A DNA stretch of 63,243 bases, the filler included, from Octopus bimaculoides (lineage: Eukaryota), in the NCBI RefSeq assembly GCF_001194135.2. It is 5 parts of 4 records of this genome, joined end to end, with 100 filler letters (N's around TTAATTAATTAA, not from the genome) between each part and the next. Parts side by side here need not be neighbours in the genome. Positions count along the whole stretch, not along the records: positions 1 to 28,355 come from NC_068989.1; 4 more parts are not named here. One strand, 5' to 3'. The notes under the pieces are model-generated. The model did not search any database. It was not told the DNA's origin and was given only the letters and a program-made list of their open reading frames with translations. Shown in pieces: positions 1 to 12,099 of the stretch. Position numbers and translations under genes: made by a program. Every line of letters starts with the position of its first letter. Position 1 is the first letter of the stretch.

Positions 1-60
<60 letters not shown>
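1..60. repeat. (AT)n(AC)n microsatellite
   Basis: Directly visible dinucleotide runs. Confidence 0.95.
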
Positions 61-61
<1 letters not shown>

Positions 62-99
62 TGGTGATATGTGCATACATACATACATACATATAGACA

Positions 100-425
100 G
101 ACAGACCTGATATAATGATTTGGGATAGAGAAGAGAAACTGTGTACAGTTGTGGAAGTTAGCTGCCCAGCAGATGTTAACATAAAGCTGAAGATTAGTGA
201 AAAAGAGAATACCTATGCTGAACTATTGAGAAGTCTGCAGTTACTCTATCCAGATTACAAGTTCAGGTTTATACCNNNNNNNNNNAACTATTGAGAAGTC
301 TGCAGTTACTCTATCCAGATTACAAGTTCAGGTTTATACCTGTAATTATTGGGGCCCTGGGATATGTAACACACTGCCTAAATACCAGTCATAAGAAATT
401 AGGCTTTTCAAAATCAGAAAGGAGA
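100..425 (+). mobile_element. 3' fragment of an R4/Dong-like non-LTR retrotransposon (restriction-like endonuclease domain)
   Basis: Translates to RPDIMIWDREEKLCTVVEVSCPADVNIKLKISEKENTY...VIIGALG, a PD..D/E..K-type REL motif; split by a 10-N gap. Confidence 0.75.
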
Positions 426-1500
426 TGAAGTTCTCTGTCTATTATTTTAACTTCATCCCAATGCCAATGAGGAACACTAGAAGTAGTTGATAGCTTTCAT
501 TACCTAGGTGGTCAAGTCAGTAGGAGGTGCTGGATGCTCCAAGAGCATAGCTGCTAGAATAAGAATAGGCTGGGCAAAGTTCAGAGAGCTTCTTTATTGA
601 TAACAAGGGGCCTCTCTCTCTCAGAGTGAAAGGCAGATTGTATGATGTCTGCGTGTCAAAATCCATGCTACACAGCAATGAATGGGCTGTGACCATCGAG
701 GACATGCATAGGTTTGCAAGAAATGAAGCTAGTATTCTTCGCTGGATGTGTAATATCAGTGTGCATGCACAACAGAGTGTAAGCATCTTGAGAGAAAAGT
801 TGGTCATAAGAGGCATCAAATGTGGTGTGCTGGTATGGTCATGTGATGCATATGGACAAGGAGAGCTGAGTGAAGAAGTGCTGCACTCTAACGGTGGAGG
901 GAGTCTGTGGAAGAGGTAGACTCAGAAAGACATGAGACAAAGTGGTGAAGCATGATCTTTGAATGTCAGGCCTCAAGGAGGTAATGATATGTGACGATAT
1001 GCTGTGCTTGACAAAGACCCATCAACCCAAGTGAGATCATAGTTGTGGCCAATGTCAGCGTTGTGTAATTGGCATGTAAAAAGCATCCTTTGAACATTAG
1101 GTGATGTGCTGTGCTTGAGAAGACCTGTCAAGCCAAGTGAAATCGTAGTCATGACCAATGCCAAGGCTGTGTGACTAGCACCCATGCCAGTGGCACATAA
1201 AAGGCACCGTTTAAATGTTGGGCCTCACAGAGGCAGTGACAGGTGGCCAAGGCTTTTGGCAATATACCGCGCTTGAGAAGACCTGTCAAGCGAAGTGAGA
1301 TTGTAGTCGTGGTTGATGCTGGTGTCATGTAACTGGCACATGTGCCAGTGATATGTAAAAAGCACCCACTACATTCTTGGAGTGGTTGGCATTAGGAAGG
1401 GTATCCAGCTATGCCAAATCATATTGGAACCTGGTGCAGCTCCCTGGCTTACTAGTTCTCTTCAGCATGGAAAACGGATGTTAAATGACGATGATGATAA
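425..1500 (+). mobile_element. RTE-clade LINE, decayed 3' part (C-terminal ORF, 3' UTR, GAT tail)
   Basis: LEVVDSFHYLG...IRIGWAKFREL...VKGRLYDVCV; homologous to 19420-19990; ends ATGTTAAATGACGATGATGAT. Confidence 0.88.
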
Positions 1501-1512
1501 TGATGACACACA

Positions 1513-1672
1513 CGACAGGCTTCTTTCAGTTTCTATCAACCAAATCCACACACAAGGCTTTGGTCAGCTGAGGCTATTGAAGACACTTGCCTAAGGTGCT
1601 ATGCAGAGGGACTGAACTCGCAACCATGAGGTTGGGAAGCAAGCTTCTTATCACTTAGTCATGCCAGTGCCT
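1513..1672 (-). mobile_element. tRNA-derived SINE family A (CORE-like), decayed head and body
   Basis: Reverse complement aligns with the copy at 15004-15170. Confidence 0.8.
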
Positions 1673-2106
1673 ATTTTTACTACACAGCCACGTGTGTGTC
1701 TAGCACATCTTTTTTTTAAAATAACTCTCACATATGCCAATTTACTTTTTCTTTTGAGCATCTTTATTCTGAGGTAACTTCTGCTTCATAAACCCTTAAG
1801 CTAATCATGAATGCCTGGTTAGGTGGGCAAGTTTCTGTGTACTGACAGTTACAACTGTCCTTTCTTATTATTTTCTCAAAGACCAGCATCCTTGTTTTTT
1901 TCTCAAAGATCAGCTATCTTGTTTATTTGAGTCTGGTAGCTTGCTTAGAAACATACAGCATGCTATTCAAACTCCTCCAACCATGGCGGTTTCACAGTAT
2001 AAAACTAATCGTAACTTGAATTTAAGTCCTGAGTATATTAAATGAGTTTTATTTTTCAGTAGATGGAGTACATTTTTTCTTGATCCCACCCAAAATGGAG
2101 CAGTAC

Positions 2107-2145
<39 letters not shown>

Positions 2146-2438
2146 ACACACACACATGCATATATATAGTGTATAGAAGGGGTTATAATCCAAGATGTGT
2201 GAAGCACATCCGTACATTCCAGTAATAAAACATATGTATGTAGATGTTTTATTTTTAAATGAGAAAGTCATACAATCTAGTTGAAAGTCCTGGAGAATCA
2301 TAATGTTTGTAGAGTAAGTATAAATTTAAATAAATACAAGAAAATATGGGACATTTAAAAATTCAATGTTACATATGTTTCATTATAGCATAGGAATACA
2401 TTATGAATATCAATACTTATATTAATATTAATAATATT

Positions 2439-2657
2439 GGTTTCAAAATTTTTGGTACAAAGTCAGTAAGTTTGAGGGAGGGGATAAGTCGATAACATTG
2501 ACCCCAGTACTCAACTGGTACTTATTTTACCAATCCCAAAAGGATGAAAGGCAAAGTCAACTTCAGTGGACTTTGAACTCAGAATGTAATGACAAATGAA
2601 ATACCACTAAGCATTCTGCTTGGCATGCTAATGATTCTGCCAGCTCACTGCCCTACA
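2439..2657 (-). mobile_element. tRNA-derived SINE family B, decayed
   Basis: Reverse complement aligns with 2782-2950, with CpG to TpG/CpA changes. Confidence 0.85.
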
Positions 2658-2781
2658 CTTAATAATAATAATAATAATAATAATGATATAAATAAAATGT
2701 ATTCGAAATAATGCATTCATGTAGAGAACAAGTACATGACCATTCTGAATTTATTATATTTATATATATTATTATTATATC

Positions 2782-3014
2782 AAGGCGGCGAGCTGGCAGA
2801 AACGCTAGCACGCCGGGCGAAATGCTTAGCGGTATTTCGTCTGCCACTGCGTTCTGAGTTCAAATTCCGCCGAGGTCGACTTTGCCTTTCATCCTTTCGG
2901 GGTCGATAAATTAAGTACCAGTTACGCACTGGGGTCGATATAATCGACTTAATCCGTTTGTCTGTCCTTCTTTGTCCCCTCTGTGTGTAGCCCCTTGTGG
3001 GCAGTAAAGAAATA
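2782..3014 (+). mobile_element. tRNA-derived SINE family B, young copy
   Basis: Head GGCGGCGAGCTGGCAGAA...GAGTTCAAATTCC (A/B-box-like); body GCCTTTCATCCTTTCGGGGTCGATAAATTAAGTACCAG; CpGs intact. Confidence 0.88.
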
Positions 3015-3335
3015 GGTATTTTGCCTGTTGTTCTTTCTAAGTTCAAATTCTGCCAAGGTCAACTTTGCCCTTCATCCTTTTGAGGTCAATAAAATAAGTA
3101 CCTGTTGAACAGTGGGAATCAACTGTTGAACATGTAATCAACTCATCTCCTCCCCCCAAATGGCTGCTGTTATGGCAAAATTTGAAACTATTATTACTAT
3201 CATTATATTATAAAGGTAGTGCTGAGCTCAAATTCTGCCGAAGTTGACTTTACCTTTCATCCTTTCGGGGTTGATAAATTAGGCACCAGAGAAACACTGA
3301 GGTCAATATAATTGACTAGTCCCCTCCCCCAATGC
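3015..3335 (+). mobile_element. Two further partial SINE family B copies in tandem
   Basis: Repeated AAATTCTGCC...GACTTTGCC..TCATCCTTT..GGT..ATAAA..AAGTACC blocks at about 3040 and 3230. Confidence 0.8.
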
Positions 3336-3339
3336 GAGT

Positions 3340-3960
3340 GACTAGGCTGTATCCCACACCGCCAGAGATTTTTATTATCTTGGCAGTGGGCATTCCCTCT
3401 TTTCATATCTTTAATTGCTTTATCTATTATACTGCTATCAACTCTAATGGCTGGTTCCTCAATTGGTTCGATATTTGAAAGACTCTCTTTCTCCCATTCA
3501 TTTTCCACTTTTAGTAACCTTTCATAGTGGCACTCCCATGCATCTTTCTTCTCTGAGGCACTAAGTGCAAGCATGCCATTATCCATTCACACACATTTCT
3601 CACCTACCACATTTCTATTCTCTCTGACACATTGGTTTGCAATCCAGAACACCTCACGCCTCTGATTGTCATCCTTTAAAACAGTGGCAAATCTCTTACC
3701 TGCTGCTATTTCTTTTGCTATGTAAACCTGTCACTTAGCTTCACCATTTTACCAGTCTTTCCAGTTCTGTCTCTTTGCTTTTATGACGTTGTCCACCTTC
3801 TTGTTCTACCACCATGTCACTCTTGGCCTTTACACCAGCCACAGACTTGCTCTGCAGCCCCCAGTAGATTGTCCCAGAAGAACTTCCAATTGGCCTCAAA
3901 GTTATATGTCCCTGCTTTCTACTCTCTTTCGTCATAGGCTTCTGCTAGAATATATCTAAA
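3340..3960 (-). mobile_element. RTE LINE fragment (endonuclease-RT linker)
   Basis: ORF 3257-3586: MDNGMLALSASEKKDAWECHYERLLKVENEW, homologous to the plus-strand RTE at 18400-18500. Confidence 0.85.
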
Positions 3961-4089
3961 TTTCTTGGCTATATGCACGTCTTTTGTGGTTACTATTTAT
4001 ATATAAGGTAGCACTGTCACAGGTTCAAATCATTGAGCATTGTACACTGTGTTCATTGGAAAATGGCAAGGTCAACCTTGGATAATAAA

Positions 4090-5100
4090 AGTTCAGCTCT
4101 TTATCATAAAAGGGGCTCACTGCAATTACCACTGATATCAGTCCTCAAAATTTATGAAGCTGGGAAAGTACAAACGGTGATGATGCTAAGAGTGTCAAAG
4201 GGTAGAGAAATAAAGCTTAATTCACCAGATGTAAAAACAGCTACGAGGTGGAAAGCAGAAATTAATGACATTCTGTCTTCCCTTTAACACCAAGATATAG
4301 TGGGTGCTATGCAAACTGATTGAAAGGGCCTTAGGCTTGGCATACATCAGTTCAGGCTGTTTAAGTATGATGCAGAGTGAATACAGATTTGTTGTTAGTA
4401 ACAGTGTCAAGGCAAGGAAGCAAAGAAAAGAAAGTATTGTTTCAATGCTCTCAACAAGGAAAAATAACAAGATAGGAGGAGCACGTAACTGGGAGAAAAA
4501 TAAATTGCAATGAAATATAGAAGTGGAGTACATCATGACAAAGTTTTTAATTCATTCTTAAGATGCCTTGCCATCCCATAAAAACCTGGTGAGATGGAAA
4601 GCGTCAAAAAGTGACAAATGCAAATGCAAGAAAGTAGGAACACTATAACATATTTTTTCCAACTATTCACTGGGTGTTGGATAAATATATCTGGGGACAC
4701 AATCTGGTTCTTAAGATCCTTTTTAATGCTGTAAAGAACCAAATTGCTTTAATCAGGAGTAAGAAGAAACTGCTGAAGAAACCAACAAGAAATTTCATTA
4801 TCTTCATGTGTCCAGGACAGCAGATCTGTCGGAAGAAGTTTCTTGTAAATGGTGAAAAGTGAAACAGCTATTGGGAGGTGGTTGCAGACTTACTAGGGTG
4901 CCAAAGATTCTTCCCTACTCCAGTTATGAAGAAACCAGATATAATCATATGGTGTGAGGAAAAGAAAGTGGTAGATCTGGTTGAGTTAACAGTTTCTCAT
5001 GAAGATAACAGGGATGCAGTGCAGATCCCCAAAAATTGACTGTTATGAACACCTTGAGGATTCTGTTAAAAGAGATGATGAGCAATAGCTAGATACTCAG
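4090..5100 (+). mobile_element. HERO-like (R2-group, REL) non-LTR retrotransposon, decayed C-terminal part
   Basis: PLISVLKIYEAGKVQTVMMLR..PDVKTATRWKAE; CKCKKVGTL*HIFSN...KYIWGHNLVL (decayed CCHC finger); KKPDIIIWCEEKKVVDLVELTVSHEDN (REL). Confidence 0.75.
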
Positions 5101-5289
5101 GGAAGTCTGTTAACCAGTTAATCTAGTAAGTGGGACCACATCTCAGGGAGCAGGGCCGGTGTGCAATAATGTTATCAAGAGCAAAGTCTTGAAAGGGCAT
5201 GTATTCTCATCTAATGACTCTATGAGCCTTGTATGCAATACATTCAATAATCTCCCAATTCATTGGGTAACCATATGCAGGTCAATAAT

Positions 5290-5690
5290 CAATATGCAAG
5301 TCTAACAACATATGAGCATTCAACAAAATTTCTTGATATTACTTTGGATCTTAACTTCCACAAGCTAGATGAAAACCTAAATAATGAAAGCCACTATTCT
5401 AATCACCCAAAAAGCATAATAAATTCAATTGTAAAGTGGAAACTCAACTAAAATTTCGAATCTGTCAGCTAATAAAGATATCTTTAGGTAATATTCTCAA
5501 TGTTGTAAAGCAGCATTGCATAGTTACAAGGAAAACATTACATTTCTGCCTAGATCCAATGATTCTATCGATAACAATGGAGTTAGTAAATACAATCTCA
5601 ATAGCCTTAACCTTAAGAGTATTAGCAACCTATCCAATAATAATAGTAATGATTATAATTTGGAATATGAAAAATGTAAAGGTTGTGCTT
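5290..5690 (+). mobile_element. Penelope-like element, decayed RT C-terminal fragment
   Basis: TKFLDITLDLN...SNHPKSIINSIV...RICQL/SANKDIF resembles the PLE FLD-SNHP region. Confidence 0.65.
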
Positions 5691-5694
5691 ATAA

Positions 5695-5830
5695 TAATTA
5701 GTGCACTTGGAATAGAATGTCCTGTTGAGCTTCTACAGAAAGTTTGCCTCTTAGGGACAGGAACAACTATCAGGAGGATTCTAAGCACTTAGAAGACTAT
5801 TGAAAGCTAGTGGGTACCTAAGGTTACAGG
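5695..5830 (+). mobile_element. R4/Dong-like LINE, extreme 3' end
   Basis: ALGIECPVELLQKVCLLGTGTTIRRILST*, matching the LQK..LLGT..I.R..L terminus. Confidence 0.7.
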
Positions 5831-5889
5831 TTGTAACCTGCCACTTGCATGCTGACAATTCTGCTAGCTTGCTGACTTAATAATAATAA

Positions 5890-6885
5890 CCAAAAAACTA
5901 AAATGTACTATCCAAAGGCAGATATAGACCACTTTTACCTACCAAGAAAAGGAGGATGAGGGCTGATTCAATTAGAACTCTCATTTAAAATTACCACAAT
6001 TGGTCTGCAGAAAACAAGACTAATGATTGGAGGATGATGTTAATGAGAAAACATGCATCACAGAAGAAGCTCCACTCTGTAAACAAAGAACCTGTGAACC
6101 AGCAAAGGCAACTAAAATGCATAAGATGAAAGTAAAAGCACAAGGCTTTTTAAAAAACCTTGGAAGATATATAGCAGCAGAAACTAATACATGGCCAAAA
6201 TCTACTCTGCACCCAGGAAGATGATGTAGACCAATTAAAAACCCATCAGTGGCTGCAGAATTCAGGGTTGAAGGCAGAAACTGAGGGATATATTTTTGCT
6301 GCCTAGGATCAGAGTCTATGCATAATAACTATCAAGCTAACATCCTCAAAAATGGAGTAGGCCCTAGGTGCAGAGTCTGAAATGTCCATGACAAAACAAT
6401 TGATCTTATAGTATTAGGATGCCCAACCCTGGCTCCAGCTGAAAATAAACTGGAGAGAGTTGACCAATACTTTCACTGCTCTTTGTGCAAAAACCTGTGT
6501 CGAACATGTGAGAAGTTGGTATGAACACCAACATAAATCAGTGGTTGAATGGGACTTTACAGTATATACTAATCATGAAATTAATGCCGATTAACCAGAC
6601 ATTATTGTTCAAGATACCAAAAACAAGATCTGCCTACTTATAGATATGACAATACCATCTGACAAAAATGTACCTACCAAGAAATATGATAATATTGCTA
6701 AATAATAAAGACCTACAAATTGAAATAGACAGCAAGTGGCAGCTGAAATAATACCAGCTGTAACTGGGGCACTGGGAGATCATATTAAAAATAGTCTGTA
6801 GTTTCCTTGAAAAATCTCAGCAAAATCTAACTTACATGGAATATAAAAAATATGGCTCACATTACATAAGTTTTTGGGAACACAG
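5890..6885 (+). mobile_element. R4/Dong-like LINE, decayed 3' third (post-RT, CCHC, REL)
   Basis: YPKADIDHFYLPRKGG*GLIQLE; GLKAETEGYIFAA*DQ; PRCRV*NVHDKTIDLIVLGC; KPDIIVQDTKNKICLLIDMTIPSDKN..TGALG. Confidence 0.85.
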
Positions 6886-6889
6886 GCAC

Positions 6890-7115
6890 ACACATAGACA
6901 TACATATGCATGTACATGAACACACAGACACGCACAGGCACAGGAATACACATACATGTACAAGAACATGCATACATATGCACAGGCATGCACACATGGG
7001 TACAAGAAAATACACACATACATTCAATAACACATACACACATACATTCAATAACACATACACACCTACCATATTATACACACATACAAGTGACAAAGTC
7101 TCAGACAGACAAACA
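6890..7115. repeat. CA-rich low-complexity repeat
   Basis: Degenerate (CA)n/(CATA)n. Confidence 0.8.
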
Positions 7116-7399
7116 TGGCTTCTGTAGCAGACTGGGAGAGAAGTCACTGAAAAGGTTGCGAATGGCAATGAAAGAACTTTGACAAACAGAAAAAGAAAAA
7201 TTAAAATAAAAAAACCAAGTTAAACAATTGATTGGTTAGTTCAATTTAACTAACTGACTAATAAAAGGAGTGGAATTGAACCAATGTTTGTGTTATTAAG
7301 ATTGACATGACTCTCCCAAGACAACAAAATATATCTTTAGAGTTGTCAGAATTATAATGTTCTATTTTATGATGTTTATTGTTGATGTTATTCATTCTA

Positions 7400-8640
7400 T
7401 TAGGTTGTTTCACATGAAATGTCACATTTTTAAGTACTTGTTATTTCAGTCATTTAAAAACTCAATTATGTATTTAATCTTGACTCTTTTTGCATTTAAT
7501 CTTGACTCTTTTTTCTTAATCAGCAATATTGGTATACAAAATTTGTACCCACAGACTTTATGAAAATGATAACAACCAAACTATGTTGAGTGATTTTCTC
7601 GTATGAGTACAAACTGGGTCACTCTGCCGCAGAGGCTCTATGGAATATCAAGAAGGCCTTTGGTTTTGTTGACATCAGAACTGATCAGAGATGGTTCCAA
7701 AGCTCTCGTTCAGGAGATGATAGCCTTGAAAATAAACCAAGGGGTAGGCCAAAATCAATTATTTGGCATGATGGATTAAATGAACAAAATCCGAGAACAA
7801 AGGTTCAAAAACTTACATCAGAATGCCAAACATCTCGCACAACTGTTTTTGGATGCCTGTAAAAAATTGGAAGAGTCAAGAAAATGGAGAGGTTTGTTTC
7901 ACATCAACTGAATGAGATAAAAAAAAACAGACACCTTGAAGTGTGCTACTTACTGCTTTCTTGACTGGAAAAAGACCATTTTTGCATCAAATGTGATGAG
8001 AAATGGATACTCTTTGAAAACAGCAGGAGAACAAGATAGCGGTTAGATGCAGGAGAGTCACCTAAACACTACCCAAACCCACCATTGCACCCTAAAGAGT
8101 TAGTGGTCACTTATAGTGGTCTGTGAAGGAAGTTATTCATTATTCATTTTTGCAGCAAAGCAAAACTGTAACAGCAACATCGTATTGCCAGGAAATTGAT
8201 TGTATGCACAAGAATTTGAAAAAGAAGCAACCCAGACTAGTGAATAGAGATGGCCCAATTTTACACCAGGACAATGCACGTGCTCACACTCCTCAAGCTG
8301 CAGTCCAAAAGCTGCAAAGCCTGAATTATGAGATTTTGCAACATCCTCCCTGTTCTCCTGATATCTCTCCTACTGATCATCACTTATTTAAGCATTTTGA
8401 GCTTTTCATAAGCAATAAAACATTCTTAAATAGAGAAGTGGTAATTGAAGCATTCAGATAATTCATCACAGGAAAAAGATGATTTTTTTTTAAAGATGGA
8501 ATATATGACATAGAGAAACGTTGGGTAAACATCACAAATGAAGATAAATCATACTTTGATTAAATAAATCAGTTCTCTAACACTTCTGAAACATTTTATT
8601 GTTACCTTTCAAATACGACATTTCATGTGAAACAACCTAA
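7400..8640 (+). mobile_element. Full-length mariner (DD34D) transposon with disrupted transposase
   Basis: Perfect 24-bp TIRs TTAGGTTGTTTCACATGAAATGTC (7400-7423 and 8617-8640) flanked by TA; motifs CDEKWILFEN, LHQDNARAHT, CSPDISPTDHHLF; stops and frameshifts. Confidence 0.95.
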
Positions 8641-8974
8641 TACTAAGTGATCTATAATTATGTAATAAATATTATTTTGAAATACTATTAGTAATATATT
8701 TAATTTTATTGGTATAGCAAGGGCTATACACATTTTCTGAAAAATTTCTTCAGCAACTGTAAGAACTTACAATAATAGAATGCCCAAACTTTGCAAGGAA
8801 AAATTCTAATCTTAATAAGAAAGTTGACATAATTTTAAATGCTACAAAAACTGTTATAAAGTTTGATAATAATTTATGGACTTGAAAAAAAGCTGTAGTT
8901 TTGATATTTCTATAGGGTCTAGTGACCTGTGTCTTTGTATATGTAAGTTATACAAGTGTATGGATGTGTGTGTC

Positions 8975-9030
<56 letters not shown>

Positions 9031-9095
9031 ATTTAGAGAAAAACCACTATTAAATAATTCAATAAAAAAGAATTTAATTCATACCCTCCAGAAAA

Positions 9096-9224
9096 TAAAT
9101 ATATCATAAAAGCTTTATTCAAAAAATCAATAAAAAATACATAAAAGAATAACTAGTAAATTTACTAGTTATTCTTTTATGTATTTTTATTGATCTTTTG
9201 AATAAGGTTTTTATGATATATTTA
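9096..9224. repeat. Spacerless AT-rich palindrome, arms of at least 64 bp, running into an N gap
   Basis: Centre ...AACTAGTAAA|TTTACTAGTT... at 9160/9161; arms differ at only a few positions. Confidence 0.9.
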
Positions 9225-9658
9225 NNNNNNNNNNNNNNNNNNNNNNNNNNNNNNNNNNNNNNNNNNNNNNNNNNNNNNNNNNNNNNNNNNNNNNNNNNNN
9301 NNNNNNNNNNNNNNNNNNNNNNNNNNNNNNNNNNNNNNNNNNNNNNNNNNNNNNNNNNNNNNNNNNNNNNNNNNNNNNNNNNNNNNNNNNNNNNNNNNNN
9401 NNNNNNNNNNNNNNNNNNNNNNNNNNNNNNNNNNNNNNNNNNNNNNNNNNNNNNNNNNNNNNNNNNNNNNNNNNNNNNNNNNNNNNNNNNNNNNNNNNNN
9501 NNNNNNNNNNNNNNNNNNNNNNNNNNNNNNNNNNNNNNNNNNNNNNNNNNNNNNNNNNNNNNNNNNNNNNNNNNNNNNNNNNNNNNNNNNNNNNNNNNNN
9601 NNNNNNNNNNNNNNNNNNNNNNNNNNNNNNNNNNNNNNNNNNNNNNNNNNNNNNNNNN

Positions 9659-9717
<59 letters not shown>

Positions 9718-9741
9718 GTGTGTATATATATATATATAAAT

Positions 9742-10250
9742 CATCATCATCATCATCATTTAATGTCTGCTTTCCATGCTAGCATGGGTTGGACGATTTG
9801 ACTGAGGACTGGCGAACCAGATGGCTGCACCAGGCTCCAATCTGATCTGGCAGAGTTTCAACAGCTGGATGCACTTCCTAACACCAACGACTCTGAGAGT
9901 GTAGTGGGTGATTTTACGCGCCACCGGCACGAGGGCCAGTCTGGCAGTACTGACAACAGCCACACTCAAATTGTATTTTTTACGTGCCATCTGCACAGAA
10001 GTCAGTTCAGGGGCACTGGCAACAACCTCGCTCAAATGTTTTGTTCACATGCCGCCGGCACAAGTGCCAGTAAGGCGTCGCTGGTAATGATCACGCTCAA
10101 ATGGTGCTTTTTACGTGCCACCAGCACAGAAGCCAGACAGCTTCTCTGGCAGTGATCCCGCTCAGATGGTGCTGTTTGCTCCACTAGCACGGGTGCCAGT
10201 CATCGAATTTGGTTCAATTTCGATTTCACTTGCCCCAACAGGTCTTCGCA
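9742..10250 (-). mobile_element. RTE LINE 3' UTR copy with (GAT)n tail
   Basis: (TCA)n then TTTAATGTCTGCTTTCCATGCTAGCATGGGTTGGACG, the reverse complement of the RTE end at 19830-19990. Confidence 0.85.
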
Positions 10251-10261
10251 AGCAGAGTATC

Positions 10262-10560
10262 GTTATCATCATCATCATCATCATCAGCGTTTAACGTCCG
10301 CTTTCCATGGGCTGGACGATTTGACTTAGGACTGGTGAACCAGGTGGCTGCACCAGACTACAATCTGATTTGGTAGAGTTTCTACAGCTGGATGCTCTTC
10401 CTTAAGCCAACCGCTCTGAGAGTGTAGTGGGTGCTTTTACGTGCCATGGGCACGAAGGCCAGTCAGGCAGTCTTGGCAACAGCCACGCTCAAAATGGTAT
10501 ATTTTACGTGCCACTTGCACAGGAGCCAGTCCAGCGGCACTGACAACGATCTCGCTTGAG
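10262..10560 (-). mobile_element. Second RTE LINE 3' UTR copy
   Basis: (TCA)n tail plus the same terminal sequence. Confidence 0.85.
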
Positions 10561-10622
10561 ATATATGTATTTGTGTATATTCATGTTTATTTTATTTTTG
10601 CTTATATATATACATTTATATA

Positions 10623-11694
10623 TTGGGTCATCTCATAAATAATGTGGCTTTTTTATATCAGGTCATCCCATAAGTTCTGTCCGAATTTTTAATAAAGAAA
10701 ACAAGTGATCGAATGTTATATTTAATTGAAATTTAATCATCAATGTACTTTCCCTGATTATCTATGACTTTCTTCCATCTATTTACAAGCTTTTTAATCT
10801 CATCAATGTAAAACTCTTTTGGTTTCAAAGCAAAGACCTCTGAAATGTCAGTTTCAATCTCCTCCTGCCTTGCGAAAGTTATGTCCCCCAAATGATTCTG
10901 TAAACTACGAAACAAATGGTAGTCTGAAGGTGCAAGGTCAGGAGAATAAGGTGGATGAGGAATTTTTTCCCAACCAAGCTTTTTGATCTTTTATGATGTG
11001 ATCTTTGCAGTTTGGGGTCACGCATGTCGTCATGAAACATCACTCCTTTTCGATTCACTAAAGCGGGTCTTTTCCCCTTCAAAGTTTGGTTCAAACGCTC
11101 TAATTGCTGACAGTAGACTTGAGCATTAATTGTTGCATTAGGTGGTAACAATTCAAAGTGAATTACTTCTTTGCAGTCCCACCAGATAGAGAGAACCTTT
11201 TTTCCATGAAGTTCCCTTCTCGGTTGTGGTTGAGCTTTTTCCCTTTTACCAAACCACTGTTTATGACGTTTAACATTTCAATAGAANNNNNNNNNNNNNN
11301 NNNNNNNNNNNNNNNNNNNNNNNNNNNNNNNNNNNNNNNNNNNNNNNNNNNNNNNNNNNNNNNNNNNNNNNNNNNNNNNNNNNNNNCCATTGACACTGGC
11401 TTATGCTTATTGTCCAATCCCCATATACTGCATTAAAATTTCTCGCACTTTCCACTGCGTTGTTGCCCTCATTGAACTCATAAAGCAAAATATGCCGAAT
11501 ATGCTCCTTTATCACTTCCATTATAGCTTTGAAAAAATAACTGTTAAAATCGAACTGCACTCTTCAAAACTTGCACTAAGAATAAGCACAAGTTAAAATT
11601 ACTACCTGCTTTTATAGCAAGTAGTTTATCCTGTCCCCCTCCAACTTTTAATTGATGCAATTGAAAAAACTGCATTATTTATGGGATGACTTAA
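10623..11694 (-). mobile_element. Mariner transposon, gap in the middle, with a doubled TIR at its 3' end
   Basis: IRHILLYEF (HTH), LLPPNATINAQVYCQQL, PPYSPDLAPSDYHLFRSLQNHL; imperfect outer TIRs TTGGGTCATCTCATAAATAATGTGGC / TTAAGTCATCCCATAAATAATGCAGT with TA flanks. Confidence 0.9.
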
Positions 11695-11753
11695 TATATG
11701 TGCACAAGTATATATTTACTTGCATAGTCAATTTTATGTGTATGTGAGTATGT

Positions 11754-12065
11754 GAAGGCATGTGGCTTAGTGGTTAGAGTATTTGACTCACAAGTCGTCA
11801 GTTTGATAATCAGTAGTACACTGTGTCCCTGAGCAAGACACTTTATTTCATCTGGCAAAAATGAGTAGTATCTGTATTTTGAAGTGCCAGCCCTGTCACA
11901 TCCTGTGACATACTGAATCATTCTGAGAACTACATTAAGGGCATGCATGTCTGTAGAGTGCTGAGTCAGTTGTACCTCAATTTCATGAGCAGGCTTGCAC
12001 CTCAATTTCATAAGCAGTTGATCGGATCAACTGGAACACTCATCATTGTAACTGATGGAGTACCA
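11754..12065 (+). mobile_element. tRNA-derived SINE family C, decayed
   Basis: A-box-like TGGCTTAGTGG; 3' half aligns with 53560-53740 (GTTGATCGGATCAACTGGAAC). Confidence 0.75.
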
Positions 12066-12099
12066 CTTTGAATGTGAATGTATGTGTGTGTATATATAC

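Noticed and set aside
222-340. Exact direct repeats flanking 10-N gaps (also 22857-22975 and 39085-39205)
   Set aside because: Unmerged contig overlaps, an assembly artefact
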